Source of the DNA: Clostridium sp.
GTDB taxonomy: Bacteria > Bacillota > Clostridia > Clostridiales > Clostridiaceae
DNA: 52,191 nucleotides
Direction of reading: 5' to 3'
Assembly: GCA_024409095.1 (NCBI GenBank)
Contig: JAKSUK010000001.1
Coordinates: forward strand, 1-52,191
In this document: positions 18,701 through 28,576 of the stretch, piece after piece
Layout: each line of letters begins with the position of its first letter
Numbering within the stretch: the first letter of the stretch is position 1
Position numbers and translations under genes: made by a program
The notes under the pieces: model-generated
What the model saw: only the letters and a program-made list of their open reading frames with translations
What the model was told of the DNA's origin: nothing
The model's database searches: none

Positions 18701-21700
18701 TACTTGATAAGACATATTAGCATTAACAGTTCCTATTGAGTCTATACCTAATACTCTACTTGTTGTATTTACTTTCCATGTTGGTGTTCTGTTATCTAAC
18801 ATTTTAATTAAAGTCTCATATGTTGGGTCTCCTCTAACAACATCAAAGAAATCTTGTATTTCATTCATACCATACAAATCACTTGAAGAACTTACTTTAT
18901 AATTAAATCTATCCCACATAGTTTGTAATGTAGCATAATTTGCTTGTATATCATCTGATATTCGTACATACTCTGCAAGCTTATCTATTTCATGATTATT
19001 TTTTATCATTGTTAATAATTCTGAAATACTATCTTTCTGATCGTATACTTCAGCAGCATCTACTATATCATTATAATTGTTTTGTATTTTACGAGCAAAA
19101 TCGTATAATGCTGGTTTTATTTTTTTAGGAACATCCCAACCTTGTGTACCATCTACAGACATAGCGTATCCTAAATCTAAAAAAGCAAGTGCATCTGCAG
19201 AATGTTTTTTAAACGCATATACTTGTCGTTCTCTACCTACTGTTAATACTTGTGTGAAATTAACAAAGTCCCAATCATCTAAAAATTCAGCCATATCTGG
19301 AAAAGTTTCTTTTAAAGTATTTTTTATAGCTTTAAATGTTTTCTTAGCATATGGTGTAGCTTGTTCAAATACTTCTGCACTTATAGGAGCGTCTGAAAGT
19401 GGATTATTTGTATTTGAAATCTCTTCAAAAACACTTTTAAGAGTTTCTGATAATCTGTTTATAATATTTTTTGAAGTAGGTGATAATAAGGATTCATTAG
19501 TATTTGCAACAAATTGTTCTACAGAATTAATCATATCATCAATATTATTAAATTCTATTTGGTCTTCAAAATCTAAAATAGGATTATCTATGTCCATAAG
19601 ATCTTTAAACATGTGCATAAGTTCTGATGACATATTTTCTTGTAATTTTACTTCATGACCTATTAATTCTTCATAATTAATTAAGTCTTTTGCTAAAAGA
19701 TCTACATAGGCTTCTATTTGTTTTGATAATTCTTGTTTTAATTCAGGGCTGAATTTAAAGTATTTATCTTTACTCAAGTCAATAAATGAATCTTCATAAG
19801 TAAATCTATCTAGTATTTCCTGAGGATCTGTAAGAAGTTTTCTTTCAGAACCTGCTAATAATTTACCTTTTATAAGTTTATTTTTATAAGATTCTTCTAG
19901 ACCTCTTCCAGTATTCTTTCTTGTCATTTTTTCTCTAAGAACTTTAAAGTCAAAAGCATATCCATTATGAGCTCTAATAATAGAACCTTCTGGAATATTA
20001 GTTTCAACATAATCCATAAAATCAGAAAGCATATTATTTTCAGTATAAATTTTATTAGCATTATCTGTAACATATTTAGCTTTGTGATCTGTAGGCTTTA
20101 TACCCATGTGATGTAAAACATCATCTGCAGTTCTATAATTATCTGCATAAAACATTTCTTCAGTAACTTTAACTTGACCATACCAAGCAATTGTAGTTAC
20201 ACCGTCTTCATGTTTTAAAAGAGCTATTTCTTGTACTTTACCATCACCAAGTGAATCTGTTTTTTTATTTATACCTCTAGATGTTTCAATATCAAAAGTA
20301 TAGTATGTTCCTTTTTGTTCTATAATATCAGAACTAAACTCTGCTTCATCAATCATATCTTGAAGAATAGTATCATATAAAGCACCATGACGTCCTTGTT
20401 CACGTAAAGCTTCTTTAGCACTTTCGTCTAAGTCTGAAGTGTCTATAACTTCATTAAGTTTATTTACAACATCTTTTTCTTTTATATTGTGTTTTTTCTG
20501 AAGGGCATCAACACTAAATCTTGTTGAATCAGGATTAGCACCAATCATATAACCTTCCATACTGTTAAACACATTATTTACTGTAGTCTGATTAAAGTTT
20601 CTAAGGTCTGGGTTGTAATTTTTAAATGTTGATAAAAATGCCATCTTTAAAGTTGTTTTTTGTTTAGAATCTAAATATTCTGAATGTTCTATTGTCTCAT
20701 AAATATTTTTATAAAAAGCTTGTTTATATCTAATTGCTTTATCCATATAAGATAAATTAGCAATTAAATATAAATCATTTTCTGATAATTTACTATATCT
20801 TTCTACGTTTTCTATAAAGTCTTTATTAAGTACATTATCTAATAAACAAGCAAGTTCAGGGTCTGCTGCTTTTAATTGTGTTAACATATTAGAAACTTCA
20901 TCACCAATTCTTAAATCTACAAAACTATTTTCTAATTTTAAAATATATTCATCTGTTGATGCAGACATAAAAGCAAGATCTTTTTCAATAACTTTAGTTG
21001 TAAATAATTCTAAAGTATCCATTAATGTTTTTACAGATGCTTCATTTTTTGAAACAATTTTTTCAATTACTTCAGGTTTTTTTAAGAGATTTAAAAAATG
21101 ATCATATCTTGTATAAGTACCATAAAGTACTTTTTTAATTTTTTTCTTTGTTACAGGAAGTAAATTTGAATCATTTTCTTTTAAAAAGTTTTTATAGTAT
21201 TTAACTATTCTATCAAGAGTAGCTCTTGGGTCTCCTTCAAGATCTGAGTCATGCCACAAGAGATCTATATCTACATTCTTTTTTAAACGTCTATATGCTA
21301 CTGCAAATTTCTTTTTATCTTCTCTTATTATATCTCTTAATTCCAATTCTAAGAGTTGATTTTGTCTTTGTAAAAATTCTTTTTTTGTTTTTGGTACTTG
21401 TATTTTTCTACGTTTTAATTGTTCAAAAAAAGGAGTTATATCATTATAGTGTCTCATGTCTACAGTTGTATCTAACTTATTAACTTTTTCAAAAAAGTGT
21501 TGTACTTTTCTATAAACATTAAAAGTTTCTTGTTTAGACTTTTCAAAATTGTTTAAAAGTTCTGTGAAATAAGTATATTTGTTTCTTGCGTCCATACCTA
21601 TAATAGCTTTATCATTTTTTAAATAAGCTCCAATTTCCATAAACTTTTTATAAGTATCTTTTAAAGATTCTTTTAATATAAGTATATTATCAACATCATA

Positions 21701-24568
21701 GTCTGACATTGATTCGCCAAGTGATTCTACATAATATGCTCCTCCTTCATTTATTTCTGGAAGATAACGTTCAAACAATTCATCAATTTTTGAATTGAAT
21801 AAACTAGGAGAATCAATAGCATCTGGTAAATCAAAAGCTTTTTTAAGATCTTTTAAATCTTTTTTGAAATACTGAAGAAGTTGTATTCTATGTGCTTCAC
21901 TATAATCAATTATAGTTTTAACATTTTTAGCTAGTTTATTAGTTAGAAGTACATCTAAAAATTTACCTTCAAAACCATATCTAATTTCAAATTTATTTTT
22001 AGTTAAATATTCTTTAACAGATTTTTTTAAAGTATTAGATTTATCATTTAATCTTTTTAATTTATTATTAACACTTGTTAATTTATTATTAAATATTGCT
22101 TTAGATACTTTAAGTTCTTCTTTACGAACCGTTTCAGAAGTTAATTTAGGTTCTTTAGTTAGTTTTTTATCTTTACTTAAATTAACATAGCCCTTTTTTA
22201 TTTTATCTAAATTAGTTCTTAATTTCTTCTCATAATTTTTTTGTAATTTTTTAAAGAAATCTAAATATTCTGGATTTGCTTTTCTTACACTGAATCCATA
22301 CCCATTTAATATACTATCAAATATGTTATAAGCTTCTTCAGACATTGTTGTTTTAAGATGTTTTAAATACTTTGTAGCAATAGCTTTATCATTATTTTCT
22401 ACAGCATAGAAGTATGTAAAAAATTTTCCAAAAATTTCTTTACGAACTTTTAAAGATACACCAGCTTCTTCTAATGCCCAATCTATATAAGTATTTATTT
22501 CTTGTACAGACATTTGATGTTCAGAATACATCATTTTTAGATTTGTATAATTTATAGTGATTTCTGGCATTAAAAGATCCAGTAAGTCCTCATTTTTTAA
22601 TATGGTTGGGTCATTATTTTCTAAAGCTCTAATGATGTTTAATATAGAATCTTCATTAAATAATCTATTAACATTAAAGTTTGCTAATTCTGATAATGTT
22701 TTATTAGAATCCATTATAGATTTTTCTAAAGCATTATTAGCTAATATAGTGTCTATTTTCTTTGCATTTTCAAAAAGTTCTTCATAAGCTCTTATATATT
22801 CTGCTACATGAGGATCTACAACACCATCTAAAGCTTTATAAGCTTCTTCTAATTCTTTTAATTCTTTTATAAATGTTTCAAAATCTACTTTAGTATCTGT
22901 AAATGATTTTATAGATCTTAAATAAGATTCTAAAAATTCTTTTGCTGAAGAATTGATTGTACCTTCTTCTAAGTTTTCAAGGAATGCTTCTAAGTTTTCT
23001 TTTAAACTTTTTTGATTAGAAGCAAGATATATCCCAAGCCCATTGGCTTTCAATGAAGCACTATCAGAACCTTCAGTACCTGCTAGTTTAAAAATATCTA
23101 CAATTCTATTAGCAGTATAATTTACACCAGCATTTTTTGTTTTTAAATCTTTTGCAAGTATACTATTAATCTCATTTAAATCTAGTGCTTTAATTAAATT
23201 ATTTTTAAGAACATTAACAACTTTTGAATTTTTTAACCAAGACACAGAACCTCCTAGTACTGGAAGTTCTGCGTATATTGCAACTTTGTCTACAACATTA
23301 TTAAAAACTTGTCCCCATCTACCTAAAGACATTATAATATCATCTGCTTGTTTCTGAAGAATAACTTTACCAAAATCATCTATTGAATTCTTTAATGCTT
23401 CAGGCATAGCTCCTTTTAAATTTAAATCAGCTTTATCTATTTTATTTTTTACAATATTTGATAAATGATTTGCTATAATGTCAGATTTAATATTCTTTTC
23501 TCCTGTAAGTTTTATGTCTGCTAAAAGCTTTTTATATGCTACAGGATCTCCAAGAACCTCTTGTCCTGTTTTAGCGTACTTTTTAAATATCTTTACAATA
23601 GATTCTTCTGGTATATTGTATTGGGCTGCAAGTTTAAGAACATTAGGATCTTTAGTTATTTTAGCAACATCAGCTAAATTATTTATAGATTTTACAGTTG
23701 TTGTAACGCCTTTGCCTGCCTTACCCAATAGAGTAACAGGGTCTGAATAGATTTCACCTAACGTATTAGCTGCAAAATTAGTAACACCTTTAGTTATTTT
23801 TAAAGGTCCCTTAACTATTTCTAAAGGTCCAATTAAATCTTCTTCATCAATAGAGTTTAAACCATATAACACTGATAGAGGTGTTGCAGCTGGAGAATCT
23901 ATTGCATATAATGTAGCTAATTCTGATTTTATTAAAGGCCCATATCCTCGTTCATTAAAACTTTTTATTGTTTTTTCTACATCTATATTGTAATCATGAA
24001 TACCTTTGCTATCTCCTATAGTTGCTTTTCTAATAGCTGTAAGAATATCATCTTTTTCAACACCCATTAATGAGTATCTAGCTGCTTTTACAGGATTAGC
24101 AAGAATATCTGCTGTCTCTCCTAGTGCTAAAAAACTATTAAGAAGTACTTCAGAACCTGAGTATAAGAGAGATTTTTCTCCAGAGAAATATTCTTTGATA
24201 GGTTTTAATTGATGTTTATCTAAATGATCTGCCCAGTTTATGAAAGTATCATAAAATTTATTTTCTGTATTTGATAATTTTTTAATACGAGGATTCCAGT
24301 TGCCCCAAAAAGCATCTCTTAAAGAATTTACTTCATATGGGTCTGTAGCATTTATTAGAATAGACTCTAACCATGATGGTTTTTCTTGTTGTTCTTTTTG
24401 TTCTTCTCGTACAACAGCCCTGTATTTATCAGATAATTTTAAGGGTTTTGTTGCTGGTGTTGCTGGTGTTGCTCGTGTAGCATATGTTGCTGGTGTAGCT
24501 GGTGTAGCAGGTGTAGCAGGTGTTGCCCTCATTGGATTTTTTCTATAATATACATTAGGATTTGACAT
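15713..24568 (-). CDS. Giant (2951 aa) internal virion/ejection-type polyvalent protein with a DEDDh exonuclease domain
   Basis: Uninterrupted ORF at the end of the structural operon. FDIET, AHNGYAFD and HGALYD motifs; HFDYS...IPFWTF C-terminal region; basic tail. Confidence 0.75.
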   Translation of the reverse strand: MSNPNVYYRKNPMRATPATPATPATPATYATRATPATPATKPLKLSDKYRAVVREEQKEQQEKPSWLESILINATDPYEVNSLRDAFWGNWNPRIKKLSNTENKFYDTFINWADHLDKHQLKPIKEYFSGEKSLLYSGSEVLLNSFLALGETADILANPVKAARYSLMGVEKDDILTAIRKATIGDSKGIHDYNIDVEKTIKSFNERGYGPLIKSELATLYAIDSPAATPLSVLYGLNSIDEEDLIGPLEIVKGPLKITKGVTNFAANTLGEIYSDPVTLLGKAGKGVTTTVKSINNLADVAKITKDPNVLKLAAQYNIPEESIVKIFKKYAKTGQEVLGDPVAYKKLLADIKLTGEKNIKSDIIANHLSNIVKNKIDKADLNLKGAMPEALKNSIDDFGKVILQKQADDIIMSLGRWGQVFNNVVDKVAIYAELPVLGGSVSWLKNSKVVNVLKNNLIKALDLNEINSILAKDLKTKNAGVNYTANRIVDIFKLAGTEGSDSASLKANGLGIYLASNQKSLKENLEAFLENLEEGTINSSAKEFLESYLRSIKSFTDTKVDFETFIKELKELEEAYKALDGVVDPHVAEYIRAYEELFENAKKIDTILANNALEKSIMDSNKTLSELANFNVNRLFNEDSILNIIRALENNDPTILKNEDLLDLLMPEITINYTNLKMMYSEHQMSVQEINTYIDWALEEAGVSLKVRKEIFGKFFTYFYAVENNDKAIATKYLKHLKTTMSEEAYNIFDSILNGYGFSVRKANPEYLDFFKKLQKNYEKKLRTNLDKIKKGYVNLSKDKKLTKEPKLTSETVRKEELKVSKAIFNNKLTSVNNKLKRLNDKSNTLKKSVKEYLTKNKFEIRYGFEGKFLDVLLTNKLAKNVKTIIDYSEAHRIQLLQYFKKDLKDLKKAFDLPDAIDSPSLFNSKIDELFERYLPEINEGGAYYVESLGESMSDYDVDNILILKESLKDTYKKFMEIGAYLKNDKAIIGMDARNKYTYFTELLNNFEKSKQETFNVYRKVQHFFEKVNKLDTTVDMRHYNDITPFFEQLKRRKIQVPKTKKEFLQRQNQLLELELRDIIREDKKKFAVAYRRLKKNVDIDLLWHDSDLEGDPRATLDRIVKYYKNFLKENDSNLLPVTKKKIKKVLYGTYTRYDHFLNLLKKPEVIEKIVSKNEASVKTLMDTLELFTTKVIEKDLAFMSASTDEYILKLENSFVDLRIGDEVSNMLTQLKAADPELACLLDNVLNKDFIENVERYSKLSENDLYLIANLSYMDKAIRYKQAFYKNIYETIEHSEYLDSKQKTTLKMAFLSTFKNYNPDLRNFNQTTVNNVFNSMEGYMIGANPDSTRFSVDALQKKHNIKEKDVVNKLNEVIDTSDLDESAKEALREQGRHGALYDTILQDMIDEAEFSSDIIEQKGTYYTFDIETSRGINKKTDSLGDGKVQEIALLKHEDGVTTIAWYGQVKVTEEMFYADNYRTADDVLHHMGIKPTDHKAKYVTDNANKIYTENNMLSDFMDYVETNIPEGSIIRAHNGYAFDFKVLREKMTRKNTGRGLEESYKNKLIKGKLLAGSERKLLTDPQEILDRFTYEDSFIDLSKDKYFKFSPELKQELSKQIEAYVDLLAKDLINYEELIGHEVKLQENMSSELMHMFKDLMDIDNPILDFEDQIEFNNIDDMINSVEQFVANTNESLLSPTSKNIINRLSETLKSVFEEISNTNNPLSDAPISAEVFEQATPYAKKTFKAIKNTLKETFPDMAEFLDDWDFVNFTQVLTVGRERQVYAFKKHSADALAFLDLGYAMSVDGTQGWDVPKKIKPALYDFARKIQNNYNDIVDAAEVYDQKDSISELLTMIKNNHEIDKLAEYVRISDDIQANYATLQTMWDRFNYKVSSSSDLYGMNEIQDFFDVVRGDPTYETLIKMLDNRTPTWKVNTTSRVLGIDSIGTVNANMSYQVARAKYNQAKSLSAMLSSINASGPQLPNGKVDPNVSTAAKAQNIANYKLNATSNKTRIKYITELDRRANRAIISKEVNNVLKATDDQILSIVCNNIQSNHTLRIVKPVEMFSNNAELFETFITTRKKGLEALGLKVTEEFDLSNNPVIKIEATEDLVKRLKLNKNKSGARYVLDGVELAIPIFEEISYEDFRKAISANVDDEYIRMLYDARQSAILMCPEMSGRTGITNFTDLADNQQLHANALDKIKKALGFSVEESYGPLLDTTVVGSFEGISEFGGRINSSYSDVLQNTVSKLCNHVYAYKEYAQFIANGGVKLTDEVLSKVPLDDLSHWLKVHPEYCVVGLFANEKARGGYELKRLINPSAGTLKKAKAKNMTIMPYTMYAKAAEEINNFHYGDGPLGRTLAVYSQYVRMLKNSWLMRPGAMLRNLFDSTIKNYGEGDSFTKTTENYIQAVKKLREFDEISKSIKQLDDFGRYNEEAAELFFKTYTGEMDKASYDFLYQFLNDSGINPKSFEKNIFSMALSPNTHIERTARLTQFFNLQGKGLGYDDIINHIAGTHFDYSVGTYSDFVLSNLIPFWTFFSNNTMYGIHLISENPTFLKNYLRVYNNLIWDPMFADEDFSYEELVKNPSIIYNIISGNIPLRVFGYEDKKVKQTAYTKYGPQEMTVRNNMTLKINSSIFDSLVTFVAPVESIVEKLGPIPKLAVNTVIAQRYKNILENSELTDDERSSLEYKLNNLYALQNASNAVKDGDISTDVLNYVPFVNTLTGFMHDERVGKNTYEKRLGSKSYTKTDNILNAIFPGVFGAISRWGEFDNKRTYDNKTYKKKKSSGKGYSKTYKSYPKKAYIRRPKKTYVRKTYPKKVYPKKSYARKTYATKFYAATPNVNQGVTYRTAGRGKMRAYYTGYSPRIYPTTTRMNAEYRLGIYNKMHPNYGHVTSQIHRRSYDPYRPTHATLGNIYNRSARSKVASYIQKNAAQRVKYQLYLRSRPRMKRY
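24448..24527 (-). repeat. 9-bp tandem repeat encoding (ATP)n at the N-terminus of the giant protein
   Basis: Plus-strand TGTTGCTGG/TGTAGCAGG units; translation RATPATPATPATPATYATRATPATPATK. Confidence 0.9.
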
Positions 24569-24587
24569 AATAATAACTCCTTATTTA

Positions 24588-25934
24588 TTAATGACCTATT
24601 TTTAGAGTTCCAGTGGGATTCGAATTTATTATAGGTGTGACCCCACGCATTTTTAATAGAGTATCAGTATTATTACTATATGGCAATGTAGATTTTGCTG
24701 AGTTGTTTGTGTTACTTGTTGTAGTTTTTGTTGTGTTTGTATTACTTGATGTATTACTTGACAAATTTGAAATAACGTTTTTTACATTTGACCAAATACC
24801 ACTAAGACTATTTGTTTTATCAAAATAAGCATTAGCTATTTTTACAGCTTGTGAATTTGTATAAGTTTTATCAGCTCGTAAAGCTGCAACCATAGCATCA
24901 TAGTCACCATTGGAAGCTTCATAACAATATTGTATAAATTTTTCATCTTTAGATAAGTTTCCAGAACCACCACCTGCAGCTGCTCCTATTGCTGCTGCAT
25001 CTCTAGTAGCTTGTGCTGAGATACTAGCTGCAGCTACAGAAGCATCATAATTTTTATCTGCACTATATTTTGTTCCTTCTAAGTTTCTATCAGATGCATA
25101 TATTGAAGCATTATAATTACTATCAGCATTATATTTTGTACCTTCAAGATTTAAATCAGCATTGTATTTAGTACCTTCTAGACTTCTATCAGCTGCATAT
25201 TGAGTACCTTCAAGATTTTTAAGAGCTTGTTCAATAGCTGCTCTATATTCAAGGTTAGCTTTATATTGATCTGTTTCAGCACCTTTATCAATACCATACT
25301 TATTAACAGCATTAGCATCCATATTTGCTGCTGCAGCAAGTTCACCAGTATATCCAAGCATATCAGCGTTGTATAATGATGCTGATATATTTCCGATAGC
25401 TTCTTTAACAGAGTTAGCTTCTTTAAGAGCATCAATAGTATTTTGTGCATATGCTGCTGCAATTTTATCAGCTTGTGTTTGTTGTGTATTAGCAAGCTCT
25501 AAAGCACCTGACATTGCATCTTGTTGTACTCCTAGGATAGTTCCTTGTTCTTGTGCTGCATTTAAACCTCTAGCCATTCCTGAAGCTATTTGTGAATTAC
25601 GTTGTTGTCTTAAAGTTTCTATAGCACTTTGTTGTTGATTGAATTGATTATTAGCATATTGATTTTGTGCTATTTGATTTTCTCTTTTCATTACATCATA
25701 TTGTGCATCTGTACCTTGTCTGAAGATATTTTCTATTTTATTTCTGTCATAATCTAAACCATAAAGATCTCCTAGACCTATTCCACCTAAATTAGTTTGT
25801 CCATCATTACTATAATTAGTTGATGTACCTCTTAATGTTGGTGTTGCTGGTTTGATTGATAGTTTATAACTATTATCATATGATGAACTATTTGAAGGGT
25901 TTTGTATTTTTATATCATTGTAATCGTTTGCCAT
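24588..25934 (-). CDS. Internal virion (ejection/pilot-like) protein with 11-aa repeats
   Basis: Ala/Gln/Asn-rich helical protein; NLEGTKYNADx repeats. Confidence 0.65.
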   Translation of the reverse strand: MANDYNDIKIQNPSNSSSYDNSYKLSIKPATPTLRGTSTNYSNDGQTNLGGIGLGDLYGLDYDRNKIENIFRQGTDAQYDVMKRENQIAQNQYANNQFNQQQSAIETLRQQRNSQIASGMARGLNAAQEQGTILGVQQDAMSGALELANTQQTQADKIAAAYAQNTIDALKEANSVKEAIGNISASLYNADMLGYTGELAAAANMDANAVNKYGIDKGAETDQYKANLEYRAAIEQALKNLEGTQYAADRSLEGTKYNADLNLEGTKYNADSNYNASIYASDRNLEGTKYSADKNYDASVAAASISAQATRDAAAIGAAAGGGSGNLSKDEKFIQYCYEASNGDYDAMVAALRADKTYTNSQAVKIANAYFDKTNSLSGIWSNVKNVISNLSSNTSSNTNTTKTTTSNTNNSAKSTLPYSNNTDTLLKMRGVTPIINSNPTGTLKIGH

Positions 25935-25972
25935 AATTACCTCCTACTTTCTTTTTCCTTTTTTACATCCCA

Positions 25973-26686
25973 TTATTTAACACCTCCAAGCCATTTACAG
26001 AATCCTATCTTGTAATTATTTGATGAACCTACTTGGTAACGTACCATAGCTCTATCATTAAAAATTCCAAAACAGTCACATCTTTCGTGTGGGTCTAAAG
26101 AGCCTATTTTCTTTGTGCAGTCTGTGTCTGCGTATACTGGTTCTGATGTAGTTCCATTTTGATATACTCTCACTTCTTCATCACCTCCACTTGGTTCAGG
26201 TTGTTTACCATTTAAATAATATTGTATCATATCTAAAAATCTTTGCCAGCCTTCTTGCATTGTTCTGTGTGGACAATCCTTTCCTGACCAAGATTTATGT
26301 GTTCTAACTCTATCTATTCCCCAACCTCTTTGTATTAATAAATAAGCAATAAGTTGGGCTGCATTATCTTCTGCTTTGTGGAATCTATCTCCACCTGATG
26401 CTGAGTAGCATATTTCAATCGCAATAGATTTCATATTGCCATCGCCTAAACCATCTCCAGCATTCCAAGTATTTCTATCTAATGGAATACCTTGTCTAGC
26501 TTCAATATCATCTACAGCATAGTGGTATGAAACTTTATTATTGTTATTGTTCATATATGTTATTTCATTTTTTGCTGGAGCATCATTATCTGTGTTATGC
26601 ACTGTAATATACTCTGCAGTCATTTTACAAGGACATTTAATATTCCATTTATATTCAGGACATAATTGTTGTACAATGTTTATCAT
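25973..26686 (-). CDS. Endolysin, N-acetylmuramoyl-L-alanine amidase (Amidase_2, XlyA/CwlA-like)
   Basis: ITVHNT, SYHYAVDD, IAIEIC and HKSWSGKDCP motifs; C-terminal SH3-like cell-wall binding segment. Confidence 0.92.
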   Translation of the reverse strand: MINIVQQLCPEYKWNIKCPCKMTAEYITVHNTDNDAPAKNEITYMNNNNNKVSYHYAVDDIEARQGIPLDRNTWNAGDGLGDGNMKSIAIEICYSASGGDRFHKAEDNAAQLIAYLLIQRGWGIDRVRTHKSWSGKDCPHRTMQEGWQRFLDMIQYYLNGKQPEPSGGDEEVRVYQNGTTSEPVYADTDCTKKIGSLDPHERCDCFGIFNDRAMVRYQVGSSNNYKIGFCKWLGGVK

Positions 26687-26886
26687 TTTATGTCCTCCTT
26701 TGCTTCTGGTAATCCTGTAACAACACTTGTTAATAAAGATAAGAATGCAGCTAGAAAACTAGCACTACAAACCATTCTCCAATCTATATCACCAAGTACT
26801 TGTGCAGTACCTATTAAAGATATTATAGTCTGACAAAATGTTTTAAAAGCTCTTATAAGAGCACATCTTATAAATTCCATACTCAT
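26683..26886 (-). CDS. Holin (r1t-like)
   Basis: RAFKTFCQT...IDW...SLLTSV..GLPE, two TM segments, adjacent to the lysin. Confidence 0.85.
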   Translation of the reverse strand: MSMEFIRCALIRAFKTFCQTIISLIGTAQVLGDIDWRMVCSASFLAAFLSLLTSVVTGLPEAKEDIK

Positions 26887-26890
26887 AACT

Positions 26891-27247
26891 TTAACCTCCT
26901 ATTTTATAAGATTCTACAATCCATACTATTACTCCGATTATAGAAGGAATTAAAGCTCCACAGATACCACTGATAATATTATTTTTAAATTGTTTTTTGG
27001 TATCTCTATATTCTTCTAAATCTCTATTGTTTAACAAATCTACTTTTTTATTTGTTTCATCTAGAGTTTCTTGCATATTCTTCATATTGATTGCCATAAT
27101 ATGTACATCTTCTGCAAGGCTTTTAGTAGCTTTAATATCATCTTTGATTTCTGAAATGATGTTATTAATTGATTCTTGATTAGCTTCTATCTGGTTACAT
27201 CTACCTTTAAGTTCAACAGCTAATACTATTAATTCTTCATTAGTCAC
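26891..27247 (-). CDS. Coiled-coil protein with C-terminal TM helix (XhlA/holin-associated)
   Basis: RBS AGGAGG before GTG 27247; C-terminal hydrophobic helix; in the lysis cassette. Confidence 0.6.
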   Translation of the reverse strand: MTNEELIVLAVELKGRCNQIEANQESINNIISEIKDDIKATKSLAEDVHIMAINMKNMQETLDETNKKVDLLNNRDLEEYRDTKKQFKNNIISGICGALIPSIIGVIVWIVESYKIGG

Positions 27248-27330
27248 TGTGCTACCTCCTTGTGTGTTCTTATTTTCATTATAATATACTTTCATATTTT
27301 TATAAAGGCTTTGTTGCAATTTAAATAAAA

Positions 27331-27354
27331 AAGACTAGGAAAAATCCTAGTCTT
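27331..27354 (-). terminator. Intrinsic terminator
   Basis: AAGACTAGG/CCTAGTCTT stem with a U-tract on the minus strand. Confidence 0.7.
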
Positions 27355-27673
27355 ATCTTGAGATGTACTGATATAGCTTATCTATATCTGAAGAATCAAA
27401 TTTAATGCCCATATAAGTTACATTACGACATTGATTCATAGCTTGTTTAGCAGCACTGTATAATAAATCTAAATCTACATGATTATCATCAATAAATACG
27501 CCTGTCATCTTAATAATTTCATTATCTTTTAAATTTTCTAGAATCGGGGTAATGTGTAGGTTAGGCATATTTAAACCTGTGTAAATTAAGAATTTAGTTA
27601 AGCCATCTGCTTTATTAGCTATTTCATGTTTAATGTATTCCATTAAACCATGTTCAATTTTTTCTAATTCCAT
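27353..27673 (-). CDS. Hypothetical protein
   Basis: RBS GGAGG. Confidence 0.7.
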   Translation of the reverse strand: MELEKIEHGLMEYIKHEIANKADGLTKFLIYTGLNMPNLHITPILENLKDNEIIKMTGVFIDDNHVDLDLLYSAAKQAMNQCRNVTYMGIKFDSSDIDKLYQYISR

Positions 27674-27683
27674 ATGTTACCTC

Positions 27684-28166
27684 CTAGTTACTTGTTGTAA
27701 CAGTTGTTGTTACTGGTACAGGAGTTACTTTTACTTCACCCCAACCAGGACATACTGAAGAATTAGGAATAACTACTTTAGTAAGCTTATCACATGTGTT
27801 TTGTAATGAAGCAATACTATTTGAATTTACAGCTACTGCTGCAGATATTTGAGCGTTAACTACAGATTGAGATGCATTCCAATCAGCTTGTGCTCTTGCA
27901 TCAGCATTTACTCTAGTCATTATTCTTTCATAAACATCTGCTATTTTAACTTCAGTATTTTGTTCAGATTTTAATAATGCTATTTCTGAGTCTTTTCTAG
28001 CTAACTCTTGTCCCATATTAAATTCTTCTCTTGTAATATAGTTGTTAGCTACATTGCGATTTCCCATGATACCTAATAAACCAGTACCTAATAAACCTAA
28101 AGATGTACCTGCAATACCTAATCCTAAACCAGTTCCTGCAACACCTTTACTTGCAAACTCTGCCAT
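27684..28166 (-). CDS. Hypothetical protein with Gly-rich hydrophobic N-terminus (MAEFASKGVAGTGLGLG)
   Basis: RBS-like GAAAGGAAGTGA before ATG 28166. Confidence 0.7.
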   Translation of the reverse strand: MAEFASKGVAGTGLGLGIAGTSLGLLGTGLLGIMGNRNVANNYITREEFNMGQELARKDSEIALLKSEQNTEVKIADVYERIMTRVNADARAQADWNASQSVVNAQISAAVAVNSNSIASLQNTCDKLTKVVIPNSSVCPGWGEVKVTPVPVTTTVTTSN

Positions 28167-28265
28167 ATAATCACTTCCTTTCTGAGGATAGTATACTATA
28201 TTGTTTGCTTGCAAAAGTGTGAAAAAAGTGCATAAAAATGTTGTAAAAACGTGAAAAAGATGAGT

Positions 28266-28565
28266 CTAGTTTGACTCATCTAATTCTAATTCTTTCTTTG
28301 AACTTTTTCTAACTGGTAATATAAGACTGTTTTTCTGAGTAGCATCATATAAACTTTTAAGTTCTCTAACATAAGTTTTAACAGTATCTAAAGATATATT
28401 AAATTCTTCAGCTTGTTTAACTTGTGTCCAACCTGCTATTCTAGTTCTCATAATACCTTCTAATATCTTTGCTTTTTCATCGCCTAAAGATATTCTATTA
28501 TTTATTCCTGACTCTTCTAAAAATGTTTCAAGAATTATTTTAGTCCATTTAACCTGTATACTCAT
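28266..28565 (-). CDS. HTH (LuxR/sigma region 4-like) regulator
   Basis: GWTQVKQAEEFNISLDTVKTYVRELK. Confidence 0.65.
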   Translation of the reverse strand: MSIQVKWTKIILETFLEESGINNRISLGDEKAKILEGIMRTRIAGWTQVKQAEEFNISLDTVKTYVRELKSLYDATQKNSLILPVRKSSKKELELDESN

Positions 28566-28576
28566 GATAGCCTCCT

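Noticed and set aside
24448-24527. CRISPR-like array at the short repeats (also 25040-25225 and 30635-30815)
   Set aside because: These are in-frame coding repeats without unique spacers; no cas genes.
16042-24548. Numerous short alternative-frame or antisense ORFs in the track (e.g. 19077..19658, 18111..18407, 24300..24548; also 11236..11589, 14364..14765, 44551..44901)
   Set aside because: They are shadows of long real genes, with no RBS and Leu/Phe/Ser-biased composition.
15713-24568. Virion RNA polymerase (N4/crAss-like) or tape measure protein
   Set aside because: No DxDGD or T7-type polymerase motifs were recognised, and there are no tail tube or chaperone genes to support a tape measure. 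A structure search is still worthwhile.
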